Position numbers and translations under genes: made by a program. A model generated the notes under the pieces. It worked only from the letters and a program-made list of their open reading frames with translations, searched no databases and was not told the DNA's origin. A stretch of 64,000 nt of DNA from Vermamoeba vermiformis (Eukaryota). This document shows, piece after piece, positions 24,466 through 42,000 of this stretch (its first letter is position 1; every line of letters starts with the position of its first letter). Location of the stretch: contig JBEWZL010000294.1 in assembly GCA_045837725.1 (NCBI GenBank), positions 62,001 through 126,000 on the forward strand, written 5' to 3'.

Positions 24466-24948
24466 ATGGCGTCGCAAGGAAGCCGAGAATCAACAATCCC
24501 AAGCCCTAAGATCCCTAAAATGACATGGAAGAAGCGCTTCAAGAGGAATCAGGAAGATGAGCCCGCCTCTGTCATCGTTAGCGATGCAAGCTGCCACAGC
24601 GAAAATCAACAATTATCTACACTACGAGTACCGCTCGAATTAATCGAAAATCACTCGAGAAGCGCCAATACAGCTTCATCAAAGAACTACATGCGGATTA
24701 ACAATATCCTCTGCTCACCCAACAAAACCAATACCATCCTATCACCATCTTTTTGTAAAATACAAGCGAAACCAACCCAAAGTCCCGCCAATCCACCCGC
24801 CCAAGCACCGATCAGAAAACGAAAATTAGAAGAGTTCCTCGGCAATAGCTCCGGTCAAGTAATGCAGAATTTTAAAATAAGGAAGATGGACAATAGCAAG
24901 GTACCTCCTCGACCTGATGTAAAGAATGCGCTCACTTTCGTTTTTTAA
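24466..24948 (+). CDS. Hypothetical 160-aa S/P/K-rich protein, intronless, with a possible NLS (RKRK)
   Basis: ATG follows an A-rich leader like other genes here; open frame of 160 codons; no recognised domain. Confidence 0.5.
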   Translation: MASQGSRESTIPSPKIPKMTWKKRFKRNQEDEPASVIVSDASCHSENQQLSTLRVPLELIENHSRSANTASSKNYMRINNILCSPNKTNTILSPSFCKIQAKPTQSPANPPAQAPIRKRKLEEFLGNSSGQVMQNFKIRKMDNSKVPPRPDVKNALTFVF

Positions 24949-25683
24949 ATGTATAATAGCTTCAACCCAATATAAATCCCACCCAACCATGTAATATTAA
25001 AACTAATACCGTATATTTATTTTTGGTACGCGATATTATAATTTTGCTAACGGCTGCTTCGAAATATACGTTATATAACGACTGGATCTAATCGCGGGCT
25101 TTTTTTGCAATAAACATGGCGCGCAAATAATTTTATCGTTATATTTCATCTTATTCATTAGTAGACCACACTTGCTGTGATATTAATAGGTCGTAGCGTT
25201 GATAACCATCTACATAGATTGATGATTGCAATATTTTGTTGGGCTGGCATCTGGATCGAGGTTGCGTTGACGAGACTTGAGCTTGTTCGCAGCTCTTATT
25301 ATTAATTTCACGTACGTATTATGTGAGTGCACGTTAGATTGTTAATTTTACTTGGTTCAGGTAGCAAGGTGAGTTTATCGTTTTAATCTACCAAAAAAAT
25401 ATTTAAAAAATTAGTCTGCTTCTATTCGTTAAAATTAATGATCTACATATCGTCTAGCATCTGAATATAAGTGAATAAAATTAATTTAGAAAAAAAATTT
25501 TCATCTGGTATCGCGGGAAACATCTACACATGTTTGGATTTCACAGCCAAATAGAATAATAAAAAGTTAATTATATTAATATGAGACATTTGTTTAGCTC
25601 GGATTACTTTCGGAAAGCCTATTTCATTGTTGTAATCATTTTTAAAACAACATTCGTTTTGTAACCGTCACCACAAGTCAAAC

Positions 25684-29326
<3,643 letters not shown>

Positions 29327-29603
29327 GGATCCGCCGAGATCTTTTTTGTCTGCGTTAACGCACCACATACGATAATAAATTATGCCAGTCCAATCTGTAC
29401 ACAACGAGATATATTAATTACTATATTAGGAAGTGAAGACCGATAAATTTTTTTCGCGCCGTTGTTATTTTCATTCTTTCTTTTGCTTTGAAACACCACA
29501 AGAGGTAAGTATTGCTCCTCTTATTTGTAAAACTTGTATTTTATAACGATTTTCTTGTTTAAATCTATTATTTGTAAACGGTGTACTGATACCTTACTTT
29601 TAG

Positions 29604-30336
29604 ATGCTCCGCACTATTGTTGTACTTTTGGCCCTTGCTGCCTGCGCTTTGGCTCAATACGAATGCCCTGCGCCTAGCTTGAACGATTGCGTCTATGCTT
29701 CTGCTACGGATTTGAGCACAGCAACAGCTACCGTTTATTTCACCTACCCTTCTTACGATCCTCCTTGCATCATCGTTAGCGTCGGCCAAAAGGTCACTTT
29801 CAACGGCTCTTTCGATGGTCACCCTTTGCAACCTGGTGTCGCCAACAGTAAGTATGAGGATGTGGGATCAAAAATTCATTTTAACAAACTTTTGAATATT
29901 CTCATTTTATAACCATTGAGTTCGCTATTATGTTGCAACGACTAATGAACCCTTTTAAATTTGTTTTCAATATTTAACGCATTTTACAGATACGGATGTG
30001 GTCCCCAGCGGCGACACCACCAGTCCCTTCTACATTTCCCCCGATATGATCGTTGATACTGGTGACACTTACACCTACACTTTCAACGCCGCTGGTGCTT
30101 TCCCTTACTACTGCCAGATCACCGGCCACGCTACATCTGGTATGCGCGGAGTTGTGTACGTCGGCAATGGTTGCATCGCTCCTCCTATGGCCCCCGTTGC
30201 CGCCCCTGTTGCCTCACCTGTTGCCCCTGTCGCTGCACCCAAGGCTGCCCCTGTTGCTAGGACTCCCGCTAAGTCAGATGCCGCCAAGTTGGTCTTTTCC
30301 GCTGCTGCCGTCGTAGTTGGCGCTGCTCTCTTGTAA
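29604..30336 (+). CDS. Secreted, probably GPI-anchored cupredoxin (type-1 copper) protein
   Basis: Signal peptide, GHPLQPG and YYCQITGHATSGMRG (H/C/H/M ligands), an A/P-rich stalk and a hydrophobic C-terminus. One coding intron plus an apparent 5'-UTR intron ending just before the ATG. Confidence 0.85.
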
Positions 30337-30489
30337 AGCTATTATACGCTATAAGTCGTATAATAGTTGCCATTACCAAAATAAAAATATTATTCGCGAA
30401 GTTGGATTTCGTACTGAACTAACTCTCGGTACTATGCTGAGGGTATCTTGATTGCTATCAAGCTATTTACTCGATATTATTCATCTAAA

Positions 30490-31742
30490 CTACAATCCAA
30501 ACATTCTGTCTTTCCATTCAATAGCGAAATAACTAGAATAGGATCCGTTTGGTTAGATCCAAAAAAAATTATGATTAAAAAGACTTACGGCTTAGCTATA
30601 TGTAGCTTCAGATAGGTATCTTGGTGTCTAATGTAAAATGCGCCTTCATAAACCTCTAACAAAGCATCCAGGAGATCCAAGAACTTCATGTCTCTTACCC
30701 TCGCTTCGAGCAGCTCAAAAAATGAGTCGACGTTTATCCGCTCGCCTATATCTCCATAATAATCGACTATATGAGGCTCATCGTAGGTATAGAAGTTGAC
30801 AAAGTTGGACTTGGCACTCATAACATTAAGCGGTACTTGTAGATCTGCATTAACATTAATTACAATTAATTGGTCGTATAGTAGCATAATTCCATATGGA
30901 TGCAACGATATTGTGCTTAATTAAGATCATTAATTATCTCATCTAGCTGACTTACTGAAGGACAAATAATTAATGGCTTCCCAAACAAAATCCATGCACG
31001 TATATGAGCTGATATATTGAAGCGTGATCGATTCATGATTATAGACGTTAAATAGATTGTAATAAGAGTGCGTAGAGTTCACTTTGCTCAAGTATCTTTC
31101 GACCCATTGTTGGTGTTGCGATCCAGTGCTTTCAGCGAGTAATTGGACTTCGCTGTGCCAGTAGTCATAATAAATGTCTTTGTATATGAATACTCCGCCT
31201 GTTAATTTTGTGACAGAATGTTAGATCTGTGGACTCGATCGGCAGTTTGAAACATCATTTACGTAAATAATTTAAATTATACCTTGGTTCTTCCACGTTA
31301 ATATCGCACTTCCATTATTAAGTATTTTTACGCCTAAATGATGAGCATTAGCAAAGATACTAAGTGACATCTCAACTTCACATTGACATTTTGCAGCTTA
31401 CCTGGAATAAAATCGCTCCATACATTATGTAACGCATCTAAATTAACTGTGTATCTATATCCTGTATTTCTGCGAATAAACTAAGCTTAATTGGTCAAAA
31501 ATATTTTTCAAACTTTCGACTTACAAATTAACAATGCCAATTCCGCTGTGATATAGATTCCAATACGATAATATATTAGAAAACTCCCATTCCATTAGGG
31601 GCCCAACGAGATAATAATATTGGATGCGATCTGAAGGACTTGCTTTTGGAATATCTTTCCAATCCATCGGATTCCATACCCAAGGACCGCCTGCCCAACA
31701 AATAGGCAGTAAGACACCTATTATTACGAGCAGCGACTTCAT
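30490..31742 (-). CDS. CLN5-like lysosomal protein (permuted NlpC/P60 fold)
   Basis: Signal peptide, LYHSGIGIVN (His), WKNQGG, and NSTHSYYNLFNV...SYTCMDFVW (Cys), ending KPYFAIEW. The motif order matches CLN5 (HDAIGF, WCNQG, SYDCSKFV) as recalled. Confidence 0.7.
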
Positions 31743-32115
31743 TTGTTGTGTTGTTCGTTGCAAGATCGAGAACGATAACACGAACATTCATTTCACTTTT
31801 CGCTCAATGTGCAACTAGTAGCCCTGCGAAGATTCACCCTGCGAAGAACAAATATGTCGGCAACGTGCCTAATATCAGTCGTAGTTCTATCACTGTTGAA
31901 ATGTCTTATATTTTCAAGTCTCAGTCTTCGGCTGTAGCCCTGATAAATGTTTATGCGAAGGGTAGCAAGATTCTGTGCACCACATTAGCATAGGACAAGT
32001 GGATTCAAGTTCGGTCCAAATCTCGGCGATTTTGGACACAATTTGACATGACAGCTGTCGCAAATAAAAAGGTTAATTTTTGACAGTCATTATAAATCAG
32101 TTAATTAAAGAAGAC

Positions 32116-33829
32116 ATGCACCGCTTACTATTGCTTACCTGCTTTTTGGTTTGTTGTTGGATCGTTTCGGCTGATCTCACGTTAGAAGTTCTCGATCCGT
32201 CCTTTGCCTATCCTGCCGGAGCCAGATGGTAAGCGTAGTAGTATAATTGCTATACATTGCTTATCCAAATATAGTTTGGACGGTTCTCCTGCGTCGTTCC
32301 ACTTTGAGCAAGGTAAGCAAGACAACAAGATCTGAAATAAATCTGAATCACTCTCCAGGCAGCGAAACGAAGAAATGGGTGCTTTATATGCAAGGTGGTG
32401 GTAGCTGCGACAACGAACAAGACTGCCTTTCCCGTGCTAACGTAATTAATTAATGGCGTAAACTCGTTATAGCTTATTAATGTTCTCAGGATACTCTTGG
32501 ATCGTCGAATAACCAGCCCGGTTCGATACAAATGAAGAACTTAGCGTCCAACAATCCTGTTGTCAATCCTGTGAGTCAATTTATGCTACTTAATTCCCAC
32601 AGCAGTAACTTACCTAAATAACAGGGTTTTTGGAACTGGACGCACGTTCAATTCGACTACTGCAGTGGTGACAGATGGGCTGGCACTCGTGTCAATGCTT
32701 CCGCTGACTCATGGGGATTGTACTTTGCTGGGCACTTCAACTTCAAAGCAATTCTCGAACGTAAGTTTGTTGTTTTACAATGACGAGGTGGATCTGGCGT
32801 AAAAAACAAGAAGTTAATGATTATCAAACAGATTTGATTATTAAGTATCGTCTGGACCAAGCTACGGATATCTTATTTTACGGAACTAGTGCTGGTGCGA
32901 TTGGTGCGATGAACAATATCGATTACTTGAACATGGTACGCGTGACACGTGTCAAGTTGGGAATTCGTTTAATACCTTCTAACTGCACCTTCGTACAGAG
33001 ACTGCCAACGCCTAAGATCTCGTTATGTATGAACGGTGGCTGGGGCGTGGACTTCTATCCAGCATGGAGCGGACCTGGTGTTGGAGGCGAAGTTGACACC
33101 ATCACCACGCTCTACAAAGGCCACGTCAATGCAGACTGCGCTGCTGCCAATCCCACCAACCTCACCATGTGCATCTTCCCGCGCTATGTCTTCGCGTACA
33201 TTCCGAACAGAGTCTTCATTGTGAACTCGTTGATTGACTTGGTGCAAATGGCGACACTTGGATTCCAAGAGACAAACGTCACTTCGCCCGGTGGTGACAC
33301 GTACCTCGTCTCATTGGGCGAATACACCAAGCTGTCCATTCTCACCGAGTACACGCGAGATCCACGTGTCGATGGACTCTTCATCACGACCTGTCCCTAC
33401 CACGTCCAGACAAACAATGTCGTGCAAGGAGTGCTGCCCAATGTCGCTGCAGGCAAATGGTACTACAGACCCAAGAACGCGAGCACGCCTGCTGTCAACT
33501 ACGACAACTGTGCCATTGACTCGGTCGTGGCACTCTTGAAAGCGAATATCACGCTCTTCGATGACTGTCAAGCACTGATGAAATTCTGCGTTAAGAACAA
33601 CGGTAGTTCATCGGGGGCATTCGAAGCTGCGTTCAATGGCGCCATTGATACCGAATCCAGTCCAGATTCAAGTCCCGCAAGCGTAGAAAATGTGCCAACC
33701 TCTCCCGAGGGTGATAAAGCTGCTACCAGCACTGCTAATATTAATGTTAATATTAATATTAATAATTATTTGCTAGTGGTTGCTGTGCTTATTAATACAC
33801 TCGCAATTAGCTTTTTGCAAAATTACTAA
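32116..33829 (+). CDS. Pectin acetylesterase/Notum-family hydrolase, copy 1 (signal peptide, GPI-like tail)
   Basis: CLDGSP, KWVLYMQGGGSC, LGSS, NPGFWNWTHV..DYCSGD, YFAGH, GTSAGAIG (nucleophile Ser), NSLID and TTCPYH. Confidence 0.88.
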
Positions 33830-34291
33830 TTATAAATAAATATTAATAGTCCTCCATTATACGAAATGTCTGTGATTATATGTTTTAATATTAAATTAAG
33901 TGGCTATACTTCTTTGATCCAAATGATTATTCACCTGGCACGTTGAACATCTCTGCGACTCGTCCCAAGAAAATACCTTCAACGAATATAGTCGCTACAA
34001 AGCAAATCTGAGAAATGTCTTTCGCCTCGACGTCGCAGCTGTGCTTGTTTGAAAAACGGAATCAATTACGGCTGAAACGAAAGCAGCCCGAGTCTGGACC
34101 CACCAGCTAAAAATACCCACGGGACAGGACTGTCCAATCCAGTCTGAAAGTATTAAAATCGAATTCGCCAACAACGAGACTAATGGACCCAAATCTTGTC
34201 CAAATTTCCTTATATGGACGACAGCTGTCACAAATAAAATCGGTTTCAACCAAACAAACGTAATTATTGCAAAATTCGTTAAGCATTTAAC

Positions 34292-35895
34292 ATGAAGCTC
34301 TTACTGTCAATATCGTGCATTTTATTGTGCTGCTGGCTCGTTTCGGCAGATCTGACATTGGAAGTTTTGGACGAGACTTTCGCTAATCAAGCAGGAGCTA
34401 GATGGTAAGTGCCATTCATTTGATTCTATTGAGCTAAATTATATTATTCTAGCTTGGACGGCTCTCCTGGTTCATTTCACTTCGAGCAAGGTAAGTAAAC
34501 TGTTCGATCTGCCGAAATAATTCAACTTTTGTCCAGGCGCCGAAACTAAGAAATGGATTCTATATATGGAAGGTGGCGGTAGTTGTGCGACGGAACAAGA
34601 TTGCTCAGCGCGTGCACAGGTAGATTCAAAATCAGTTCGCTCGACCAAACGAAAATAGTAAATCCTGTAAGTCACAATATCAGCACACGTTCCGTGAGTG
34701 GATGTACTTACCGATCAGAAACAGGGTTTTTGGAACTGGACGCACGTTCGACTCGACTACTGCAGTGGTGACAGATGGGCTGGTACTCGTGTCAATGCTT
34801 CAGCTGACAGTTGGGGCTTTTACTTTGCTGGTCACGTCATCTTCAAAACAATTCTTGAACGTATGTTTGGACAGCTGGATCGAACCATAGCTATTATAGT
34901 TAACGCTTCTATCACTAGATTTGATCACTAAGTACCAACTCGACCAAGCTACTGAGATTTTGTTCCACGGAGGTAGCGCTGGTGCTCTTGGAGTGATGAG
35001 CAATGTTGACTATTTGAACAAAGTACGTGACACGTGTCATATCATAACTAACTCGAACCCAAAATCTAACGATGTCTTCGTGCAGAGACTGTCGGGCCCT
35101 AAGATCTCGCTTGGTATGAACTCTGGCTGGGGTGTTGACTTCACTCCAGCGTGGAGCGGACCAGGTGTTCAAGGTGTGATTGACACAGTGCTCAATCTCT
35201 ATCAAGGACACGTCAACGAAGACTGCGCTGCTGCCAATGCCAACAACGTGTCAATGTGCATCTTCCCGCGCTATGTCTTCGCGTACATTCCGAACCGCAT
35301 CTTCATTTTGAACTCGTTGATTGACGCGGTCCAACTGGCCATCCTTGGCTTCCAAAACTCTAATGTTTTCTCACCTGGTGGCAACACTTACGTCGTCTCG
35401 CTAGGCGAATACACCAAGCTCTCCGTTCTCGTACATTACACGCGAGATCCACACGCCAATGGACTGTTCATCACGACTTGTCCCTACCACGGCATTGACA
35501 TGGCCATCAACGGTGTGTTGCCCAACATTGCCTTTGCGGACTGGTACTACAGACCTACGACCTCGCCAACACCTGCTGTCACCTACGACAACTGTGTCGT
35601 TGACTCGGTCGTGGCACTCTTGAAGGCCAATGCCTCATTGTTGAACGACTGTCCGACTCTGATGCAGCTGTGCACCAAGGACAGTTCGCCCAATGCCTTC
35701 GAACAAGTGTTCAATAGCACGCCTTTGCCGAGCGAACCAAGTGCGCCAAGCGCATCCGTGCCTCTAACGGCCGACACACCGGTGGTCTCGAGCCCAAACA
35801 ACGTACCTAAAGGCAAATCATCGACTGGTACCTCTGCGGCTCGTTCTTTCAGTTTTGGAGCTGTGATTGTTGCGCTCTTGCCGATAATCTTGTAA
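34292..35895 (+). pseudogene. Pectin acetylesterase/Notum-family copy 2, with exon 4 largely deleted
   Basis: Same motifs as copies 1 and 3 (GGSAGALG, TTCPYH). The exon encoding LGSS...NDPVVNP is reduced to aatcct|gtaag at 34661-34671. Confidence 0.6.
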
Positions 35896-36337
35896 AATCA
35901 ATTAATAATCCACCATTATAAATATTTTCTTGTTAAAATTATTGCCCACACGTGTGTATACGGGAATTTATTAATAATTTTGATTAAATTATTAAAAAAA
36001 TAATTATGAGAAGCTCTACGCAAGAAACTATCGTAATCTAAGCTCTCTTTTAAAATCATACCTTGTTATCTTCCTACGGCATGTAACCGTTACATAGTAC
36101 CTCCGCCTGTCGATCCGGTTCCGATCATGTTAACTTCTAAACAGATCCGGCTGTTAATATGACCCCATACAAGATTTGATAACAACGAGACGAGACAAGA
36201 GGACTCAAGTTTGGTCCTACCTCTACAAGTTTGGTCAGAAAATCTATTTGGACAGAATTTGCGTCCACGACAAGACACCTGTCCAAAACTATAAATAAGA
36301 TGCTCCGAGCTCATTTGAATTATAGTTTAACGACAAG

Positions 36338-38010
36338 ATGCAACGCCTAATTTCGCTTGTATGCGTTTTATTGTGCTGCTGGCTCGTTTCGGCAGATCTG
36401 ACTTTGGAAGTTTTAAACACGACCTTCGCTAATCAAGTGGGAGCCAGATGGTACGTGTTTGTAGTTCTATTATTAATATCCTCCATAGTACTAAGTGATA
36501 TACAGTTTGGACGGGTCTCCTGGTTCATTCCACTTTGAGCAAGGTAAAGAAAGCGAAATAAAATTTACGATCCAAGCCTAAAATTGATTCTCTAGGTGCT
36601 GAGACTAAGAAATGGGTAATTTATGTGGAAGGTGGTGGTAGCTGCGAAACACAGAAAGATTGCACAGCTCGTTCTAAGGTAAATAAAGCTCCAGTTCGGA
36701 ATGGACCCAAAACTAACATCCATCACCTAAGACCAATCTCGGCTCATCTTTGAACCAATCATTTGTTATCACCGGTACCGACTCTGTGGTCTCAAATGAT
36801 CCTGTCGTCAATCCTGTAAGTAACTTCACTAACTTGTTGTTTTGGATGTACCTCACCTCCGTTTCAGGGTTTTTGGAACTGGACGCGCGTTCGACTCGAC
36901 TACTGCAGTGGTGACAGATGGGCTGGTACTCGTGTCAATGCCTCTACTGCCAGCTGGGGCTTTTACTTCGCTGGTCACGCCATTTTCAAAGGCATTATTG
37001 ACCGTATGTTTCAACGACCGTAGCTAACTTTAGCAGTCATTGTTAATCGTTGCATTTGTAGATTTGATTAACAAGTACCACCTCGATCAAGCTTCTGAGA
37101 TTTTGGTCCACGGAGGCAGTGCTGGTGCTTACGGTGCAATGACCAACATCGACTATATGAACGCAGTACGTGACACGTGTCATTCTTATTAATTCTTTGA
37201 ATTCGGCCTAACTCTGTATTTGCGTAGAGACTGCCGGGCCCTAAGATCTCACTTGCTATGAACTCTGGCTGGGCTGTTGACTTCTATCCTCCATGGTCCG
37301 GACCTGGTGTCGATGGTGAGACCCAAGTAGCCGTCCAATTGTACCAATCATACATCAACCAAGACTGCGCTACTGCCAATCCCAATAACTTGACCATGTG
37401 CTTCTTCCCGCGCTATGTCTTTGCGTACATTCCGAACAGAGTCTTCGTTCTCAACTCGCTGCTGGACAAGGTCGAGTTGGCCACTCTCGGCTTCCCCGAT
37501 ACTGATCTCTTCGCGCCCAATGCCAGCAACTACCTCGTTGCACTGGGAAACTACGCCAAGCTGTCCATTCTCACCGAGTACACGCGAGATCCACGTGTCG
37601 ATGGACTCTTCATCACGACCTGTCCCTATCACGGCATTGACATGGCGATTCAAGGAGTGCTGCCCAACGTTGCTGAAGCTAACTGGTACTACAGACCTAA
37701 GAACTCGAGCACGCCTGCTGTCAACTACGACAACTGTGCCATTGACTCGGTCTTGGCACTTTTGAAAGCTAACACTTCCCTCTCAAATGACTGTCCGACA
37801 CTGATGCAGCTGTGCACGAAGAATGGCAATGGCAACACGCCCAATGCTTTCGAGGCAGTGTTCAACAGCGCTGCTTCAGTCGTGAATGCATCTGACGCAC
37901 CCAGTAGCGTCACCAACGAACCGATGGATAACGCTACTGCTAGTTCTGCTAATGTTGTTAATTCTTTGAGTGTTATGGCTGTTATTATGATCGCGGCAAG
38001 CTTAGTGTAA
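36338..38010 (+). CDS. Pectin acetylesterase/Notum-family hydrolase, copy 3
   Basis: CLDGSP, EGGGSC, LGSS, DYCSGD, GGSAGAYG, NSLLD and TTCPYH; intron positions are shared with copy 1. Confidence 0.88.
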
Positions 38011-38398
38011 AAGTAAATTTTTTTTTAAATTATAATTTAGAAGTCATTTACTGCAATTATAAGCGCGTTTAAAGATTCAACTATTGCTTTAGGAATAACT
38101 AAGCAACTTAATTTTCTTTATTTGTGCAGATGTGGAAAGTAAATCCGGAAACAGAGGAAAATATCCTACTTGCTTACCAATCTACGAAGCGGAGCACCGT
38201 CATAATTTAGAGAGTACCACAATATGCCATCTCTCGGTTCAAACGTGCTATCGCAGTTGCGCATTAGAAGGTCCTAGTGCCTTCGAATCAGTTCTCCACC
38301 CTGCTCGAAACTACTAGCAACACTTGCAAACATTTAAATAGCTGCTTCTTCCCGAACATTCTCATCGTCAATTAAATTCGACACCACAAACTTCCCGA

Positions 38399-38923
38399 AT
38401 GTCCACAACAACCAAAAAAGGTCTGATCGTAATCGACATCCAAAACGATTACTTTCCAGAAGGAAAATTTCCTCTTTGGAACACGGATGCAACGTTGAGC
38501 AACACTGAGGCTGCTATAAAGAAGGCCCACGAGCACCAAGTACCGGTTATCGTCGTGCAACACATCGCTAAAGGTCAAGGAGGTCCTTTCTTCAATGAAG
38601 GCACCGACGGAGCTGCCGTTCACGAACGAATCAAAGCCGCCGCCCCCGACGCACCTGTTGTCGTCAAGGAATTCGCTGACAGCTTCCATCAAACGACTTT
38701 GGATGCGACCCTCCAAAAGTTGGGAGTGACCGATCTGTTAGTCTGCGGTATGATGACCCAGAACTGCGTCACGCATACATCAATTTCAAAGGCAGCTGAG
38801 AAGTACCAGTCCGTCACTGTTTTGGCTGATTGCTGCACCTCTATCAACGAGCCCATTCACAACATTGCATTGCACGGCATGTCTACTCGCGTCGCATTGA
38901 AACCTTTCAACGAAGCCTTGTAG
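38399..38923 (+). CDS. Isochorismatase-like cysteine hydrolase, intronless
   Basis: LIVIDIQNDYF (Asp), VVVKEFADSF (Lys) and GMMTQNCV (Cys) form the catalytic triad motifs. Confidence 0.92.
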   Translation: MSTTTKKGLIVIDIQNDYFPEGKFPLWNTDATLSNTEAAIKKAHEHQVPVIVVQHIAKGQGGPFFNEGTDGAAVHERIKAAAPDAPVVVKEFADSFHQTTLDATLQKLGVTDLLVCGMMTQNCVTHTSISKAAEKYQSVTVLADCCTSINEPIHNIALHGMSTRVALKPFNEAL

Positions 38924-39043
38924 AATCCAATTTTATATATTATGACGTACTTAGTTCCTCTCAGACGTCTCACTAAGTAAAGAATTCACTATTTACATAT
39001 CCACAAGTTTGATGTTTAAATTTTTCAGGCTTTTATTTCGTCT

Positions 39044-42000
39044 TTATTCCCAGTAATTATGACCAGTCTTTTGTTTCTTTCGCTTTTGCAGTTCTTCGAA
39101 TTTAGCTGCGGAATCAAAAATGTCTGTACTGCTCGAAGTTTCAATATCGCGTTTGAGGTGATTCATCGCGGCCTTATTAAAGCCAATAATATCTTTAACT
39201 CTTTGCAATTGTTTTCTCGTGTTTTCTTTCAACGAGTGCAAGGTGTCTAAGAGCGACTTGGTCGATGAGATCTGGCTGTTGTGTGTTTTCACCAAGAAAA
39301 AGATGCAACGAGCACACAACTCGATGTGCTTGCCGGCAAGAACCCATTCATTCAAGAATCGCAAAAGGTCTATAATCAGATCATTAGTAATCGCAAAAGC
39401 ACAAGCACAATTTGTGAAAGAAAAAGTTTTTCTGCAGATCCGCTGTTCATACCTGTAACTCGAGTGAACGTCAACATTAACAAGGCCTCTTCAAGCTCCG
39501 CGGAACGAATAGATCGCACGACACTGAGGACGTACTCAGAAGGTGATTGACCTTTGAGATCTTGGTGCGGTACTGGCGGTGGCAACAAGGGCTGGTTTTG
39601 TGCCTTCAATTTGGCGATTTCTTCTTTGGACTGACATTTTGACACGTGTCAAACAACATGTACCAGCGTATTTTAAATGATAGGAGTACTTACCATGCGC
39701 TTCTCGGCTTCAACAAGGGCTTGTTGATAATCCTTGGCATTTTGCAATTCTTTGCTGGCAATGGCCAAGGCCTCCATGAGCCGTTCAGCAGATTTGACGG
39801 ACTCCAAAGTCTGCACGCTAGCTTTGCCGACCTCTTCTTTCTATTGACACAAACAGCATTAGCACAAGCACTAATATAACAGCCCTAATAAAGTAATATA
39901 TCCTTGCCTCTTCCTTCTGATATCTGTCCTCGTCTTCAAGTGTCGCGTCCCACATTTCTTCGCGCTCTTGTTCGCGCTCAGAGTCCAACACCATTTGTTC
40001 GTTAGTTCGTTCCCAAAGCTAGATTTCACCGTCAGTCACGTGCTTAAGTCGTACAAGTGTCACAAATGCAACGTACCCTGATCGATCGGTCAGCAGCGCC
40101 AGTGAACAACATGTCACCCTGCGAGCTGAGTGCCATGGCCCAGACCTTGTCGTGATGTCCCTCGAGTGTGTGAATCAACTCCCACTTGTCGCCGTCCCAG
40201 TACTTGACAACACCGTCTTTGCCGCACGAGAAGAAGTAATGTGTCTGCGGCACAAACAACACTTGGGTCACGGCGTCGTCGTGTGCAAAGATAGATTTGT
40301 GACAGTCACCAAAGTCCATGCCCCAAATTTTGATGTCTTTGTCCGCGCTGCCCGTGATAATCAACGCGTTGTCGTCTGAAATGTCCAGCGAGTTGACTGG
40401 AAGCTAAAAATAGGAATTAGATCGATATTTCCTTATTTGGAAATTAAGCGTCGGTGTAGTATATACCTTATGACCAAATAAGGATAAGTAGAATTTCATC
40501 GAGTCTGCAAAGTAAATCTTGACAGTGCTGTCCAAGAGCGAGACAGCCACGTATTTGCCATCGCGACTGAACTTGGCGCACAGAACTTCAGCACTCATTT
40601 CAACAGTCTGGCTCGAGTTGATCGACAGCCGCTTGTTGCCTTTGTTTTCTTCGTCGTTGACCAGTTCAAAGTCCCACATTTTGAGGGTCTTGTCGGAACT
40701 GCCCGAAATGAATCCCGTTTGATCGGGCCTGTGCAATCACTGTTAGCCATTGACCGTGGGTGCCGAGCAGTGGTGGTACGTACTTGAGTGTGAGCGACCA
40801 GACTGGACCTGCGTGTGCATCCACGACCTCGAGACACCGCGCGGACTGCAAGTCATAGATCTCAATCTTGCCCGTCTTCGTGCCAATCACCACGTGACGG
40901 TCGCCAGGCACGAACAGACCGCAGATACCGTAACCTGATTCAATCGTACGAATACACGTGCGTGTGTTGACGTTCCAAACTTTCAGCAGATCTGCCATGA
41001 AAAAATTAGTTTTGATCGATGAGAAGATATTGCTGTATTAGGCAAGTGGACTGTATAGTATACTTACCGCGTGAAGTTGACAGCAACATCTCGTCAGCGG
41101 AGCTCAGCGCCAATGAGCGAATGTCAGCACGGTGACCAGGGGACTCTAATGAGGACAACTTTTCAAAGGCCTTATCGCCCTGTTGATACAACTCGATGGT
41201 ATTGTCGACTGAGGCCACGAGGAACTAAGCAGTCGTGAGGTCAGTTACCATATTAGGAAATATTGAGGGACGGAAAGAATGTCCAAACTGACCTCCTTGG
41301 ATTCACCCGTGTGCGGGAAACAGAATGATTGGATTTTGTGCGGCGTTCTCAGAATTCCTTTCACTGAAAATTCCTCTCTTGCAGTCAGCTCGACAGTAAT
41401 TTCTAAAAATGGATAAAATTAGTAACGAAGAAATAGTTAAAATTTTTTGTAAGCAGCTGGATCTTACCACTATCATCAGCTTCACCAGCTTGTTTTCGCT
41501 TTTCTTCTTCTTTTTTCTTTCTATTTCTCAATTTTTTGTTGATTTTTTCTTGGTCATTCACGCGATAGAATTCAATGCTCTTGCCTGTCAAAAAAATAGT
41601 TAGATCTCGTTGCTGTAACGACTTTAAGTACTATAATAATCATACCTGCTGCTTGACAAGCGATATAAGTCGAATCTGCGTTAAATCTAAGCAAAGATCC
41701 GCGTTCTTTAGCTTTTCTATCGAGATTTCCGAAATGAACCAATCTCGGCTCAGTTTCTTGCAATAAATCCTCGATGCCATTAGTATCAGTAGTAACACCG
41801 TCCATCTGTAATAATTAATTAATATTATTCATTTGGCTAGAAATAAATTCAACGATTATTTTTCCTTACCTTTTCTCCATCCGCTTTATGATCCGATCCA
41901 TTAGTAGAGGTCGACTTATTATTAATCTTAGCTTCTATCTCTTCCATAGAAGCAACTTTATACACGCGGATCCATTGATCTACAGCCACGGTAGCTAATC

